The notes beneath the pieces were generated by a model that saw only the letters and a list, made by a program, of their open reading frames with translations, ran no database searches and was not told where the DNA came from. DNA of 64,000 bases from Anaerolineae bacterium (GTDB lineage Bacteria; Chloroflexota; Anaerolineae; Aggregatilineales; UBA2796). The stretch lies in the NCBI GenBank assembly GCA_019637555.1, contig JAHBVK010000033.1, forward strand, positions 1 through 64,000, in the 5' to 3' direction. Positions 1 to 9,530 of the stretch are shown piece by piece (within the stretch, counting starts at the first letter, position 1; each line of letters starts with the position of its first letter). Made by a program: the position numbers and the translations under genes.

Positions 1-73
1 ACCGCAAGCGGTTAGAGGAGGAGTGGAAATTAGCCCTTCTCCCGCCTGCGGGAGAGGGGTTGGGGTGAGGGTT
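1..73. repeat. GC-rich palindromic intergenic repeat element, possibly truncated by the window edge. Core is cccttctcccgcctgcgggagaggggttggggtgaggg.
   Basis: Inverted-repeat hairpin ctctcccgc/gcgggagag, followed by ggggttggggtgaggg. The same motif family recurs at 4964, 16216, 59993, 62411, 63763 and 63931. Confidence 0.6.
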
Positions 74-110
74 CTTTACCTGACATCATTGTTACTACAA
101 GGATCGCATC

Positions 111-998
111 ATGGTCAGTGGATTGCGCCCGCTTGGTCGAGAACGTCTATGGCTGTTGATTCTGCTCGCGCCGACCTTGATCGGTTTGATCTTTGGCGCG
201 TTCGGCTCGATCCTGGCGACGCTCGGCATCAGTTTCCTCAAATGGGATCTGATCAGCGCCCCGATCTGGGTGGGCATCGACAACTATAAGGCGCTGCTGA
301 CCGATAAGCTGTTCCTCGATTCGCTGCGCAACACCACTGTTTTTAGCGTCCTCTATGTGCCTTCTGTCGTCATCCTATCGTTGGCGGTGGCGCTGCTGCT
401 GAACCGCCGGATGCGCGGCGTCGCCATTTTTCGCGTTCTTTATTTTCTGCCCGTGATTACTTCCGCCGTCGCCGTTGGCATCGTCTGGAACTGGATTTAC
501 GCGCCGGATCGCGGCGTGCTCAACAGCATTATCGTCTCGCTCGGTGGTCAGCCTGTACGCTGGTTGAGCACCCAGAATATGATGATGTCCATCGTCATCG
601 TCAACGTTTGGGGTGCAATCGGTGAGGGCATGATCATCTTTCTGGCGGGTTTGCAGGCGATCCCGCGCGAATATTACGAAGCGGCGGAGGTTGATGGCGT
701 CACCGCATGGTCGCGCTTCTACCGCATCACACTGCCGCTGATCACGCCCAGCTTATTTTTCCAACTGCTAATCTCTACGATCAACGCTTTTCAGGCATTC
801 GAGTACATCTACATCCTGACGCGCACGGCAAGCGGTAATTCCAACCTGCCGACGGTGGTATTTTCCATCTACCGCAACGGCTTCAATTACTTCCGCATGG
901 GCACGGCGACGGCGCAGGCAATTGTACTAGCGGTGATCATCATGGTACTGACGGCGCTTTATTTCTGGCTGCAAAGGCGGTGGGTATCTTATGAGTAG
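111..998 (+). CDS. Carbohydrate ABC transporter permease, MalF/UgpA-like, with a binding-protein-dependent inner-membrane component.
   Basis: Six-TM profile. EAA-like loop motif AIPREYYEAAEVDG. The stop overlaps the start of the next permease gene. Confidence 0.85.
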   Translation: MVSGLRPLGRERLWLLILLAPTLIGLIFGAFGSILATLGISFLKWDLISAPIWVGIDNYKALLTDKLFLDSLRNTTVFSVLYVPSVVILSLAVALLLNRRMRGVAIFRVLYFLPVITSAVAVGIVWNWIYAPDRGVLNSIIVSLGGQPVRWLSTQNMMMSIVIVNVWGAIGEGMIIFLAGLQAIPREYYEAAEVDGVTAWSRFYRITLPLITPSLFFQLLISTINAFQAFEYIYILTRTASGNSNLPTVVFSIYRNGFNYFRMGTATAQAIVLAVIIMVLTALYFWLQRRWVSYE

Positions 999-1905
999 TC
1001 AAGGTCAACTGAAACTAGCCACCGCGCCAACAACAGCAGCGCAATCAGCCCGCCGAAAGTGGCAAATGGGCAAACGCGGGGGCGAATTGCTCGGTGACAT
1101 CGTGGCGTACACCATCCTGATTATCGGGGCGGTGATCATGGTCGGTCCCTTCCTGTGGATGCTCTCGACGGCGCTCAAGCAGCCCGGCGATCAATTCACC
1201 CGCAGCCTGATCCCCGATCCGATCACTTTCGAGAACTTCCAGAAGCTGACGGAAGTGCTGCCCTTCACCACGATGCTCTGGAACAGCATCAAGATCGCGC
1301 TGATCACGACGGTGGGGCAAATCCTCACCTGTGCGATGGGCGCGTTCGTCTTTGCGGTGGTGCGCTTCCGCTATCGCAACGTGATCTTCTTCCTGCTGCT
1401 GACCACGCTGATGATCCCCAGTCAGGCGACGCTGATCCCCAACTTCATCCTGTTCAAGTGGCTCGGCTTATACGGCACGCAGACGCCGTTATGGCTGCCA
1501 GCCTTCTGGGGCGGTGCGTTCGGCACCTTTTTACTGCGCCAGTATTTTATGAAGATTCCTCTCGATCTAGCGGAGTCGGCGCGCGTTGACGGTGCTTCGC
1601 TGCTGGCGATCTTCTGGCGCATCTATTTGCCGCTGGCGCGTCCGGCAATTGCGGCGCTGACCATTTTCGTCTTCCTCGGTTCGTGGAATAATCTACTCAC
1701 AGCGCTGATTTACCTGCCCAGCGATCCACAGCAAACCACACTCACCGTCGGACTGGCACTCCTGCAAGCCTATCAAGCCCAGTCTGGTGCACCGTGGACG
1801 CTGATGATGGCGGGAGCAGTCGCCAGCGTCGCCCCGATCCTATTGGTCTTTATTTTCGCGCAGCGCCAATTCATCGAAGGTATCGCGCTATCGGGCATGA
1901 AATAA
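991..1905 (+). CDS. Carbohydrate ABC transporter permease, MalG/UgpE-like.
   Basis: TM-rich. EAA-type loop ESARVDGAS. Start overlaps the upstream permease by 8 nt, the typical paired-permease arrangement. Confidence 0.85.
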   Translation: MSSQGQLKLATAPTTAAQSARRKWQMGKRGGELLGDIVAYTILIIGAVIMVGPFLWMLSTALKQPGDQFTRSLIPDPITFENFQKLTEVLPFTTMLWNSIKIALITTVGQILTCAMGAFVFAVVRFRYRNVIFFLLLTTLMIPSQATLIPNFILFKWLGLYGTQTPLWLPAFWGGAFGTFLLRQYFMKIPLDLAESARVDGASLLAIFWRIYLPLARPAIAALTIFVFLGSWNNLLTALIYLPSDPQQTTLTVGLALLQAYQAQSGAPWTLMMAGAVASVAPILLVFIFAQRQFIEGIALSGMK

Positions 1906-1945
1906 GCAGGCGCAAACGAAGCTACTTCTGGAGTAAACAAACAAC

Positions 1946-3247
1946 ATGGCAAACCCAAAGATCGTTTTTGTCGGCGCGGGAAGTGTCGTTTTCACCAAGA
2001 ATCTGCTTGGCGACATCCTCTCGTTCCCTGAGTTACAAAACGCCACCATCAGCCTCTACGATATCGATCCGGTGCGACTGGATACCGCAGAGAAGATGGC
2101 TCGCTGGACAGCCAAGACGCTCGGTGCTTCCCCCACCATTGAAGCCTCGCTGGATCGGCGTAAGGCGCTGGCAGGGGCGCAGTACGTCATCAACATGGTG
2201 CAGATCGGTGGGCACGCCGCGACGCTGATCGACTTCAACATCCCCAAGCAGTACGGCATCAAGCAGACCATCGCGGACTCGCACAGCATCGGCGGCATCT
2301 TCCGTTCGCTGCGTACCATCCCCTTCATGCTCGATCTGGCGCATGACATGGAAGAAGTCTGCGCGCCCCACGCACTGCTGCTCAACTATACCAATCCAAT
2401 GTCCGCGCTGTGCTGGTCGGTGTTTGCGGGGACGAGTGTGCCCATCGTCGGACTGTGCCACAGCGTTCAGGGCACTACATGGCAGATTTCGCAGTACGCA
2501 GGCGTCCCTTACGAGGAAGTGACCTATCTCGGCGCGGGCATCAACCATGTTGCATGGATTCTGCGCTTCGAGCACAACGGCAAAGATGCTTATCCGCTGC
2601 TGCGTAAGGCTTACGAGGCAGGACGCATCCCCGCCGAGGACAGTGTGCGCGCTGAACTGTACAATCGCTTGGGCTACTACGTCACCGAGTCATCCGAGCA
2701 CAACGCCGAATACTCCGCGCACTTCATCCCCCACGCGGGCGAGATCGAACGTTTCCACATCCCCATCGACGAATACATCCGCCGCAGTGAGGAAAACCTC
2801 AAGGAATTCGATGAGATTCGGGGCATGTTGGAGCGCGGCGAACCATTCGAGATCGAGCGCAGTTCGGAGTACGGCTCACTGATCATCCACTCGATGGAGA
2901 CGGGTCAGCCCCGCGTGATCTACGGCAACGTCAAGAACGACTCGCTGATCGATAACTTCCCCAACGGCTGCTGCGTGGAAGTACCTTGCTTAGTGGATCG
3001 CAACGGCATCCAGCCTACCCGCATCGGCAAGATTCCGGCGCAGTTGGCGGGCATGTCGCGCTTGCACATCACCGTTCAAGAACTGACGGTGAAAGCGGTA
3101 CTGGAGCGCAACCGCGATTATGTCTATCAAGCCGCTATGCTCGATCCGCTGGTTGCTGCTTCGCTGCCGCTGGACAAAATCTGGTCAATGGTCAACGACC
3201 TGATCGCCGCACATGGTTCCGCAATGCCGGAAGGCATCCGGCAGTAA
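1946..3247 (+). CDS. Glycoside hydrolase family 4 (NAD+/Mn2+-dependent glycosidase; alpha-glucosidase, alpha-galactosidase or 6-phospho-glycosidase type).
   Basis: N-terminal Rossmann motif KIVFVGAGS with characteristic GH4 length (433 aa). The CHS motif region GLCHSVQG is present. Confidence 0.8.
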   Translation: MANPKIVFVGAGSVVFTKNLLGDILSFPELQNATISLYDIDPVRLDTAEKMARWTAKTLGASPTIEASLDRRKALAGAQYVINMVQIGGHAATLIDFNIPKQYGIKQTIADSHSIGGIFRSLRTIPFMLDLAHDMEEVCAPHALLLNYTNPMSALCWSVFAGTSVPIVGLCHSVQGTTWQISQYAGVPYEEVTYLGAGINHVAWILRFEHNGKDAYPLLRKAYEAGRIPAEDSVRAELYNRLGYYVTESSEHNAEYSAHFIPHAGEIERFHIPIDEYIRRSEENLKEFDEIRGMLERGEPFEIERSSEYGSLIIHSMETGQPRVIYGNVKNDSLIDNFPNGCCVEVPCLVDRNGIQPTRIGKIPAQLAGMSRLHITVQELTVKAVLERNRDYVYQAAMLDPLVAASLPLDKIWSMVNDLIAAHGSAMPEGIRQ

Positions 3248-3251
3248 CGCT

Positions 3252-4223
3252 ATGAAACAACCAATTTCACTTGGTAAGTATCGTTCGTTGCAGCAGTGCA
3301 GCACGCCGCGCGGCGCGATCTCGGTGTTGGCGTTGGATCAGCGCGGCAACTTGCGCCAACTGCTCAACGCCAGCGATCCCAAAGCGGTAAGCTACGATCA
3401 AATGGTTGGCTTCAAGACCGAAGTGATCGCCGCCCTCAGCAGCAGCGCCACTGCCGTTCTGCTCGATCCTGAGTTCGGCGCGGCGCAATGCATCGCCTCC
3501 GGTGCACTTGCCGGATCAGCGGGCTTGCTGGTGGCGGCGGAAGCGACGGGCTACTCTGGCGATCCGACGGCACGGCAGACGAAGCTGCTACCTGATTGGA
3601 GCATAGCGAAAACGGCGCGGATGGGCGCGAATGCGGTCAAATTGCTAGCTTACTACCATCCCGATTCGCCTTCCGCTGCCGAGATCGAAGCGTTGATCAG
3701 GCAGGTGGCGGCAGACTGTGCGGCAGCGGAGTTACCGCTGTTCCTCGAGCCGCTGTCCTACTCGCTTGATCCTGATCAGTCGAAACTACCTGCTGACGAA
3801 CGCAGGCGCGTGGTGATCGAAACCGCGCGCCGCTTGACACCGTTGGGTGCGGATATACTCAAGGCAGAATTTCCACTGGATGTCAGCGCCGACGCGGACG
3901 AATCGCGCTGGTACGATGCCTGCGCCGAATTGACCGCCGCCAGCGTGATCCCGTGGGTGTTGCTCTCGGCTGGTGTGGCATACGAGGTATTCTTGAAACA
4001 AGTAACTGTCGCTTGTCAGGCGGGCGCGTCTGGTGTGGCGGTTGGTCGGGCGGTCTGGCAGGAAGCGGCGAAAGTGCAGGGCGCGGAACGATCCGCGTTC
4101 TTGGCAAGCACCGCGCGGGAACGGATGCAGCGCGTGACTGCCCTCTGCGATGCCCTCGCCACCCCGTGGATCTCCGCCTTCGAGACCCCTGTGATCGCTG
4201 ATCAGTGGGCGGCAACCTACTAG
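3252..4223 (+). CDS. LacD-family class I aldolase (tagatose-1,6-bisphosphate or sulfofructose-phosphate aldolase family).
   Basis: N-terminal SLGKYRSLQQCSTPRGAISVLALDQRGNL resembles the LacD/YihT family signature. An ATG lies 5 nt after the GH4 stop. The internal ATG is preferred over the upstream ORF-track start, which would overlap GH4. Confidence 0.65.
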   Translation: MKQPISLGKYRSLQQCSTPRGAISVLALDQRGNLRQLLNASDPKAVSYDQMVGFKTEVIAALSSSATAVLLDPEFGAAQCIASGALAGSAGLLVAAEATGYSGDPTARQTKLLPDWSIAKTARMGANAVKLLAYYHPDSPSAAEIEALIRQVAADCAAAELPLFLEPLSYSLDPDQSKLPADERRRVVIETARRLTPLGADILKAEFPLDVSADADESRWYDACAELTAASVIPWVLLSAGVAYEVFLKQVTVACQAGASGVAVGRAVWQEAAKVQGAERSAFLASTARERMQRVTALCDALATPWISAFETPVIADQWAATY

Positions 4224-4248
4224 AATTGCTTACTTAGCTTCGTAGTCA

Positions 4249-4288
4249 CTCCTATTCTCTACTGTAGTGGAGAATAGGAGCTTTTTTT
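4249..4288 (+). terminator. Rho-independent terminator, probably bidirectional (convergent genes).
   Basis: Perfect 11-bp stem ctcctattctc/gagaataggag with a 10-nt loop, followed by a T7 run. It lies between the + strand aldolase stop (4223) and the - strand GNAT stop (4334). Confidence 0.75.
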
Positions 4289-4333
4289 GGCTCCTATACA
4301 GTAGCTTGAGATTGGCTAGTGCTGTAGTTGCAC

Positions 4334-4897
4334 TTAACTCTTCTCTCCGCTGATCTTCAACCACTCCTCGCGCAGAATGCCCATCCAGATCAGATCGTAG
4401 CGTTGACCGTCGCGGTGAATCTGCCCTCGGATCACGCCCTCGCGCACGAATCCGGCTTTCTCGTAGGCACGAATCCCGCGCTGGTTGTAGCTGGTCACGT
4501 TCAGCCCTACGCGGTACAGATTCAGTTCGTAGAAGGCGAAGCGCAAGATCAATTTCAGCGCATCACCACCGTAACCCTTGCCACGATAATCCGCTTCCCC
4601 GATCCCCATCGACAGGATGCCCGTCTGATTGCCCCACTCGATGCTGTGGATCACGATGAAGCCGATCAGCTTATCGTCTGCCAGCGTGCGAATGCGAAAT
4701 GATGCCGAATTGCGCTCTGGCTGATAGCCGCCCGACTCGAACGCCGCTAACGGTTGCAACCGCGCGATGTCCGTATCGACGTTGCGCAGATATTCCGCGT
4801 CCTGATGCCAGCGGGCGAATCCCTCGGCGTCATCAGCTTGTGGCGGCGCTAACTTCACCAACTCTCCAACAAACAAATTATTGAAATCAAACGGCAT
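4334..4897 (-). CDS. GNAT family N-acetyltransferase (RimJ/RimL-like).
   Basis: GNAT acetyl-CoA binding region with RGKGYGGDALKLIL. Start set at the internal ATG (MPFDFNN). The longer ORF-track start would run into a repeat element. Confidence 0.75.
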   Translation of the reverse strand: MPFDFNNLFVGELVKLAPPQADDAEGFARWHQDAEYLRNVDTDIARLQPLAAFESGGYQPERNSASFRIRTLADDKLIGFIVIHSIEWGNQTGILSMGIGEADYRGKGYGGDALKLILRFAFYELNLYRVGLNVTSYNQRGIRAYEKAGFVREGVIRGQIHRDGQRYDLIWMGILREEWLKISGEKS

Positions 4898-4963
4898 AAT
4901 CGTTGCGTTCCCTCTACAACTACCTGAATATTCGATACATTGACGGCATAGTGTATCATCGTT

Positions 4964-5020
4964 GCCCCTCGGTCCCCCTCTCCTAATATGTACTCGCATT
5001 GGAGTGGGCAAGGGTGAGGT
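4964..5020. repeat. GC-rich palindromic repeat element (subfamily with taatatgtactcgcatt loop).
   Basis: ccccctctcctaatatgtactcgcattggagtgggcaagggtgagg. Same subfamily as the copy at 63931-64000. Confidence 0.55.
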
Positions 5021-5029
5021 TCAATTAAC

Positions 5030-5067
5030 AAAAAACAGCCCCAGATTCGCGTGAATCTGGGGCTGTT
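5030..5067 (-). terminator. Rho-independent terminator of rpsA.
   Basis: Stem acagccccagatt/aatctggggctgt, followed on the minus strand by a T-run (A-run on the plus strand at 5029-5035). Sits immediately 3' of the rpsA stop. Confidence 0.65.
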
Positions 5068-5090
5068 GGTTTTACTCATCCGACGGGGAA

Positions 5091-6728
5091 TTAATAGTCC
5101 CCATCTCCGTAGTCGTCGTAGTCGTCGTGACCACCACGCTTGCCGCCACCTTTGCCCTTGCGTTTGCGATCCGCACGGCGACGCTCCTCATCCTTCAGCA
5201 TATCGCGCTCCATGTCCGCCACATCAAAGGAGGCGGGCTGTTGTGGAGGTGCGGCTGGCGCAGGACGACCAGTAGCGCGGCGGTAATCCGATTCGAGGTA
5301 TTCCGGCGAGTCTACGCGCTTGATGCTCAGACCCATGCGCCGTTCTTCCTGATCGATCTTGACCACGCGCAGCGTCAACACTTCGCCTTCGTTGACTACT
5401 TCCTTCGGATGCACCACGCGCCGATCCGAAAGTTCGCTGATGTGGATCAAGCCTTCGATCTCAGGAGCATCAACCAGACGGGCAAACGCGCCGAACTTGG
5501 TCAGCTTGGTGATGGTTCCCTGAACCAACTGCCCGACGCTGTAATTGCGGGCAATCGCCGTCCACGGATCTTCCGCCACGCGCTTCATGCTCAGACCGAT
5601 GCGCTTGCGCTCCGGCTCGATGCTGATCACCTCAACTTCGACTTCCTGCCCGACCTTGAGCAGTTCGCGCGGGTGGGTGATGTGCTGCCAGCTCATTTCG
5701 GTCAGGTGAACCAGACCGTCAGCGCCGCCGACATCGACGAAAGCACCGAAATCAGCCACGCTCTTGACGCGCCCAACGCGGCGATCACCAACCTTCAATT
5801 CGGAGAGCAGCTTTTCCTTCTGACCTTCGCGCAGCGCGGGCATTGCCTCACGCTCCGAGAGGATCAGGCGGTTGCGCGCACGATCCACTTCCAGCACTTT
5901 GACGGCAATATCTTCGCCGCGCATCCGTGCCCACTTCTCCTGCGGATCGAGTCCCTGCGCGCGATTCTTACGATCACGGCTGACTTGGCTCTCCGGTACG
6001 AAGCCGCGCACGCGACCAAAGCGCACGATCAAGCCACCCTTGTTGTAGCCATCGACCTTGCCCTCGTAAATTTCGCCGCTTTCGCGCATTTCCTCGGCAT
6101 TGCGCCAATCCTGCTCCTCCTGTGCGCGGGAGAGCGAGAGGACGACGTTGCCACCACGATCTTCGGGGTTCAGGACGTAGACCAGCACTTCTTCGCCGAC
6201 CTTCAATTGGTTCAGCGTTTCGCGGTCAATACGCTCTAATTCCTTCCCCGAGATCACGCCTTCGGACTTCAGACCAATATCGATCAGAATTTCCGTAGGC
6301 GCTGTCTTGACAATCGTGCCTTTTAGCAGATCACCTCGTCTGACGCGCGAACCATCGTCCTGCTCTTGATCGAGCAGCTCTTGCATGGGCGAGTCAGCCG
6401 AATCTGCCGCTTCATCAGCAGCATCAGTCTCCGCTTCTGCTTCAACTTCAGCATGTGGTTCTGCGCTGCCATTGGTATGCGCTTCCGGCACAGCAATCTG
6501 CGCGGCGGGGGCGCTTGCCACTGGTTCAGCCTCAGACTGGTCAGGCACGACGTTGCTACTTGGAACCGTTACAGACTCCGGTTCTGGCGATTCGGGCACT
6601 GGCTCTTGCGAGGCTGCCACGACGCCGGAGGGAGCCTCTGCACTTGGCGCGGCGGATTCTTCGACGGGCGCTTGCAGTAATTCTTCCTGCACAGGCTCAT
6701 CACCACCGACAACTGGGTTATTGGACAT
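5091..6728 (-). CDS. rpsA: 30S ribosomal protein S1-like, with four S1 domains, a long acidic Pro/Ala/Glu-rich N-terminal extension and a Lys/Gly/Asp/Tyr-rich C-terminal tail.
   Basis: Four consecutive S1 OB-fold repeats ([10 protein letters not shown]..., [10 protein letters not shown]..., [20 protein letters not shown]..., [20 protein letters not shown]...). GGAGAG RBS 9 nt upstream of the ATG at 6728. Confidence 0.8.
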   Translation of the reverse strand: MSNNPVVGGDEPVQEELLQAPVEESAAPSAEAPSGVVAASQEPVPESPEPESVTVPSSNVVPDQSEAEPVASAPAAQIAVPEAHTNGSAEPHAEVEAEAETDAADEAADSADSPMQELLDQEQDDGSRVRRGDLLKGTIVKTAPTEILIDIGLKSEGVISGKELERIDRETLNQLKVGEEVLVYVLNPEDRGGNVVLSLSRAQEEQDWRNAEEMRESGEIYEGKVDGYNKGGLIVRFGRVRGFVPESQVSRDRKNRAQGLDPQEKWARMRGEDIAVKVLEVDRARNRLILSEREAMPALREGQKEKLLSELKVGDRRVGRVKSVADFGAFVDVGGADGLVHLTEMSWQHITHPRELLKVGQEVEVEVISIEPERKRIGLSMKRVAEDPWTAIARNYSVGQLVQGTITKLTKFGAFARLVDAPEIEGLIHISELSDRRVVHPKEVVNEGEVLTLRVVKIDQEERRMGLSIKRVDSPEYLESDYRRATGRPAPAAPPQQPASFDVADMERDMLKDEERRRADRKRKGKGGGKRGGHDDYDDYGDGDY

Positions 6729-6831
6729 TGACCATCGCTCTCCGTGAACACGAGTACCATTTCAGTATATCACGGTGGTTTATCAGTGGTCAAACAAAGA
6801 TCAAGAGCAGTTTTTATGGTTCATCGAATCT

Positions 6832-8196
6832 CTAATGATTCGGATCGCCGTTTTGGGCTAGTTGATCGCGTAAATGCAGTAATTCTGTCCGCGTCGTGAT
6901 CACCCGCATTTGTTCCAACCATGCTTTGATCGTCGGACTATTGGCGCGAATACTTTCTATCGCCGCCCCCGTCGGATCGCCGCCACCAGCGCTTTGTCCG
7001 CCACTGCCTTGATAGCCGCCATAAAATGAGAAAAATGCCTGATTCAGTTTGCGTAGTCTGATTCCATAGACTGCGAACTCGCGTCGCCGCGCTTCCATAT
7101 AGCCTTCCGCCAGATCGACCAGCCCAAAGTGCAGCAGGAAATCAACGGTGATGCGCGTGCGGTTCAATTCCGTGCCGAAATCGAATGGCTGTGCTTCATC
7201 GGGATCGCGCGGGATCGGCGTCGCGGTCGCCGTGGGCGTTACCTGCGGCTCGTCCGGCTGCGCTGTGGATCGCGGTTGAGGCAGAGGCGGCAGCTGCGCG
7301 ATTACGGCGGGGTAGTCGGCATAAAAGCGCTCGATCACTTTGCGCCCAATCTCGTTGCCGAAAACTGTCGCCGTAGTCTCGTTGATGATCCGCGTTTCGG
7401 GGTTGCTCATGTAGCCCCACCCGATTGGAAACAGGAGCATGTAATTGTGCGACCACTCGTGCGCTACCGTCGAGATCAGATAGACCGGACTCCACGTTTC
7501 CATCACCATTGTGGGGTACAAGCCGATGCCGCCAATGGGCACCACCACTGACGAAACATCCAAACTGCTGTCGATCTCAATTTCCAGCGCGTTCATGGCA
7601 TCCGCGCTGAGGTTGAGCACGTTGGTGGCGAAGTCGTAGCGGATCACGTTGCGCGGCGAAACTACCAGCAGCATGGGCGGTCTGGTGATGTGCGCGGACA
7701 CGGGCGGGAGGATCTCGCCTCCGATACTGAAACCCTCATCGCGCAGCACACTAGCGACCTGCGTCTCAATGATCGATTCCGCCAGCGGTTGCAACTGTGC
7801 TACCTCTACGCGCCACTGATCCCGCTTCGTGCGCATCTCGGCGCTGGCAGAATCAGGATCGTTTACCGTCGCATCGCTGTACAGCGCATTGATCCGCGCT
7901 TCCACGTCTTGCAGCTCACCGACGCGGCGCAGATAAGCGATCACATATGCCGAGCGTGTTTTCTCATCCAGATAGGGCGCGACTCCGGCATTGGTCTGCG
8001 TCAGCTTATTGGCGATGGCATCCAGTTCCCAAGCTACGTAATTGAACAGGATGTCATCTGCCTTGCCCAAAACCCGATCCGTGACGCTGTTGCCGCCGGG
8101 AGAATCGCCGGGTACCAATCCGATGAACAGCACGGCGATCAGCAGCAAGATCGCGTAACTGCGCCCGCGTTGAAACCAGCGCCACCACTTGGACAT
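6832..8196 (-). CDS. Hypothetical membrane-anchored protein with an HExxH motif (possible zinc metallopeptidase).
   Basis: N-terminal TM helix (AILLLIAVLFIGLV). HEWSH motif in TVAHEWSHNY. Pro/Thr-rich linker. No confident family assignment. Confidence 0.5.
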   Translation of the reverse strand: MSKWWRWFQRGRSYAILLLIAVLFIGLVPGDSPGGNSVTDRVLGKADDILFNYVAWELDAIANKLTQTNAGVAPYLDEKTRSAYVIAYLRRVGELQDVEARINALYSDATVNDPDSASAEMRTKRDQWRVEVAQLQPLAESIIETQVASVLRDEGFSIGGEILPPVSAHITRPPMLLVVSPRNVIRYDFATNVLNLSADAMNALEIEIDSSLDVSSVVVPIGGIGLYPTMVMETWSPVYLISTVAHEWSHNYMLLFPIGWGYMSNPETRIINETTATVFGNEIGRKVIERFYADYPAVIAQLPPLPQPRSTAQPDEPQVTPTATATPIPRDPDEAQPFDFGTELNRTRITVDFLLHFGLVDLAEGYMEARRREFAVYGIRLRKLNQAFFSFYGGYQGSGGQSAGGGDPTGAAIESIRANSPTIKAWLEQMRVITTRTELLHLRDQLAQNGDPNH

Positions 8197-8456
8197 TCCA
8201 GTACACCTACGACTATTGCCACGTGAGCACGGAAGATCTCAGCACTCCCGCCGTCAACTATTCCACATCTTGTGCCATTTAGCGAATGTCGCGCTCTAAC
8301 GCTCAGCACTGGGGCAGCCCTAGCGCAGGGTAGGATCAGGTCTAGTGCAGGGTTTTCCGCTTGTTTTCCGTTAGAAAAGGGTTGCTACGAGCGGTCACAA
8401 ATAGACAATATAGCAAGCAAGGGTAAGGTGCTTACTCAACCTCAACCGCGCTTTGT

Positions 8457-9407
8457 CTATACCTTGCCATCAGGCGAGGGGGCGCTTGTGCTATGCTCCA
8501 ATCGTCCGAATGCGCGCAGCATCCGCAGATTGTTCAGCGTCATCACACCACTCCACTCGCGCTTCGCCTGTTCCCATGCCTCCTGCCACTGAGCGCCCCA
8601 AGTCCAATTCGGACTCCAGTAGCCATCTTCGCCAAGCTGATCGATGACGAAATCCAGATTCGCCTCCAGCAGATCACCAAACAGGGGCGCAAACATAGAG
8701 TCCGGCGTGCTAACCAGCGTCAGTGGCTGCACACCGTAGATAGCCCATTGTGCCGGATCACGCTCAACCAGCCGCAGCGCGATCTCTTTCAGTGTGCCCT
8801 CTATCCGCGCTTTGATCGCCTGTGGCAGTGCCGCCGTCTCGTACAATCGCAGCGCACACAACAGATCGTGATGCTCAATGTCGTCCGCGTGAGTCAGCAA
8901 ATAATGGACGAAACTCTCCGTTGCCTGCTGGCGCATCTCCACCGGAAACTGATCGGCGTAATCGTACAGATAGCCGATCACCTCCGCGCGGGGGTTGCTC
9001 TTGCTCTCTGATAAATTACCGCCATACGTCCACCACGGCGCGTGAGGTGCGTCATCCACATTCGGCGGCATGATCTCCCAATCGGCGCTGGCGGCATCAT
9101 ACTGATCGCGCAGGTAGCGGCAGCCGTTGATCACCATCGAATCATTCTTCAACGCTTGAATCTCAGCAAAGTGCTGGAACGCGATTGTGGTAGCAACCAC
9201 CGACGAGTCTGGTAGGCGCAAATCGGGTTCTAGCCCGTGCCCGAAGCCGCCGTCTGCGTTCTGGAATCGCGCTAGTTCCGTGATCACCTCTTCGCGCGGT
9301 AGGTTCGCAAAATGATGGAGGTACAGCTTGCGTTCCAGCGGGCGAACTTGATCACTGTTGAGAAATGTATCAATCTTTAGCAGTGCCGCAGGCGACAGCT
9401 TTTTCAT
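8457..9407 (-). CDS. Hypothetical protein, possibly alpha/alpha-toroid (prenyltransferase or terpene-cyclase-like QW-type motif).
   Basis: QNADGGFGHG motif resembles the QxxDGGWG repeats. Start moved to the internal ATG (MKKLSP) with a GGAGG RBS. Function unknown. Confidence 0.5.
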   Translation of the reverse strand: MKKLSPAALLKIDTFLNSDQVRPLERKLYLHHFANLPREEVITELARFQNADGGFGHGLEPDLRLPDSSVVATTIAFQHFAEIQALKNDSMVINGCRYLRDQYDAASADWEIMPPNVDDAPHAPWWTYGGNLSESKSNPRAEVIGYLYDYADQFPVEMRQQATESFVHYLLTHADDIEHHDLLCALRLYETAALPQAIKARIEGTLKEIALRLVERDPAQWAIYGVQPLTLVSTPDSMFAPLFGDLLEANLDFVIDQLGEDGYWSPNWTWGAQWQEAWEQAKREWSGVMTLNNLRMLRAFGRLEHSTSAPSPDGKV

Positions 9408-9530
9408 CGTGATTCCTCCACCAGTGTGCATGACCGGATCAGCTATTAGAACGTCCATTCTAATCCGAATGGCATTATCCGTCTACACCGGAAGCCAAGA
9501 GGCTTATCTGGAGAACAGGCACTTTTCCAC

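Noticed and set aside
23-289. 88-aa ORF (MEISPSPACGRGVGVRV...) and its antisense partner at 95-283
   Set aside because: This is a translation of the GC-rich palindromic repeat at the window start. The peptide motif is an artefact of the repeat, and the ORF overlaps the real permease gene start.
5127-6239. 370-aa ORF on the + strand
   Set aside because: Antisense to the S1-domain gene, whose four S1 repeats give unambiguous coding evidence on the minus strand. Long antisense ORFs are expected in high-GC DNA.
8272-8450. Possible small RNA or tRNA in the 8197-8456 intergenic region
   Set aside because: No cloverleaf-compatible GTTCGA/TTCGAATC T-loop, and no acceptor-stem complementarity found by eye.
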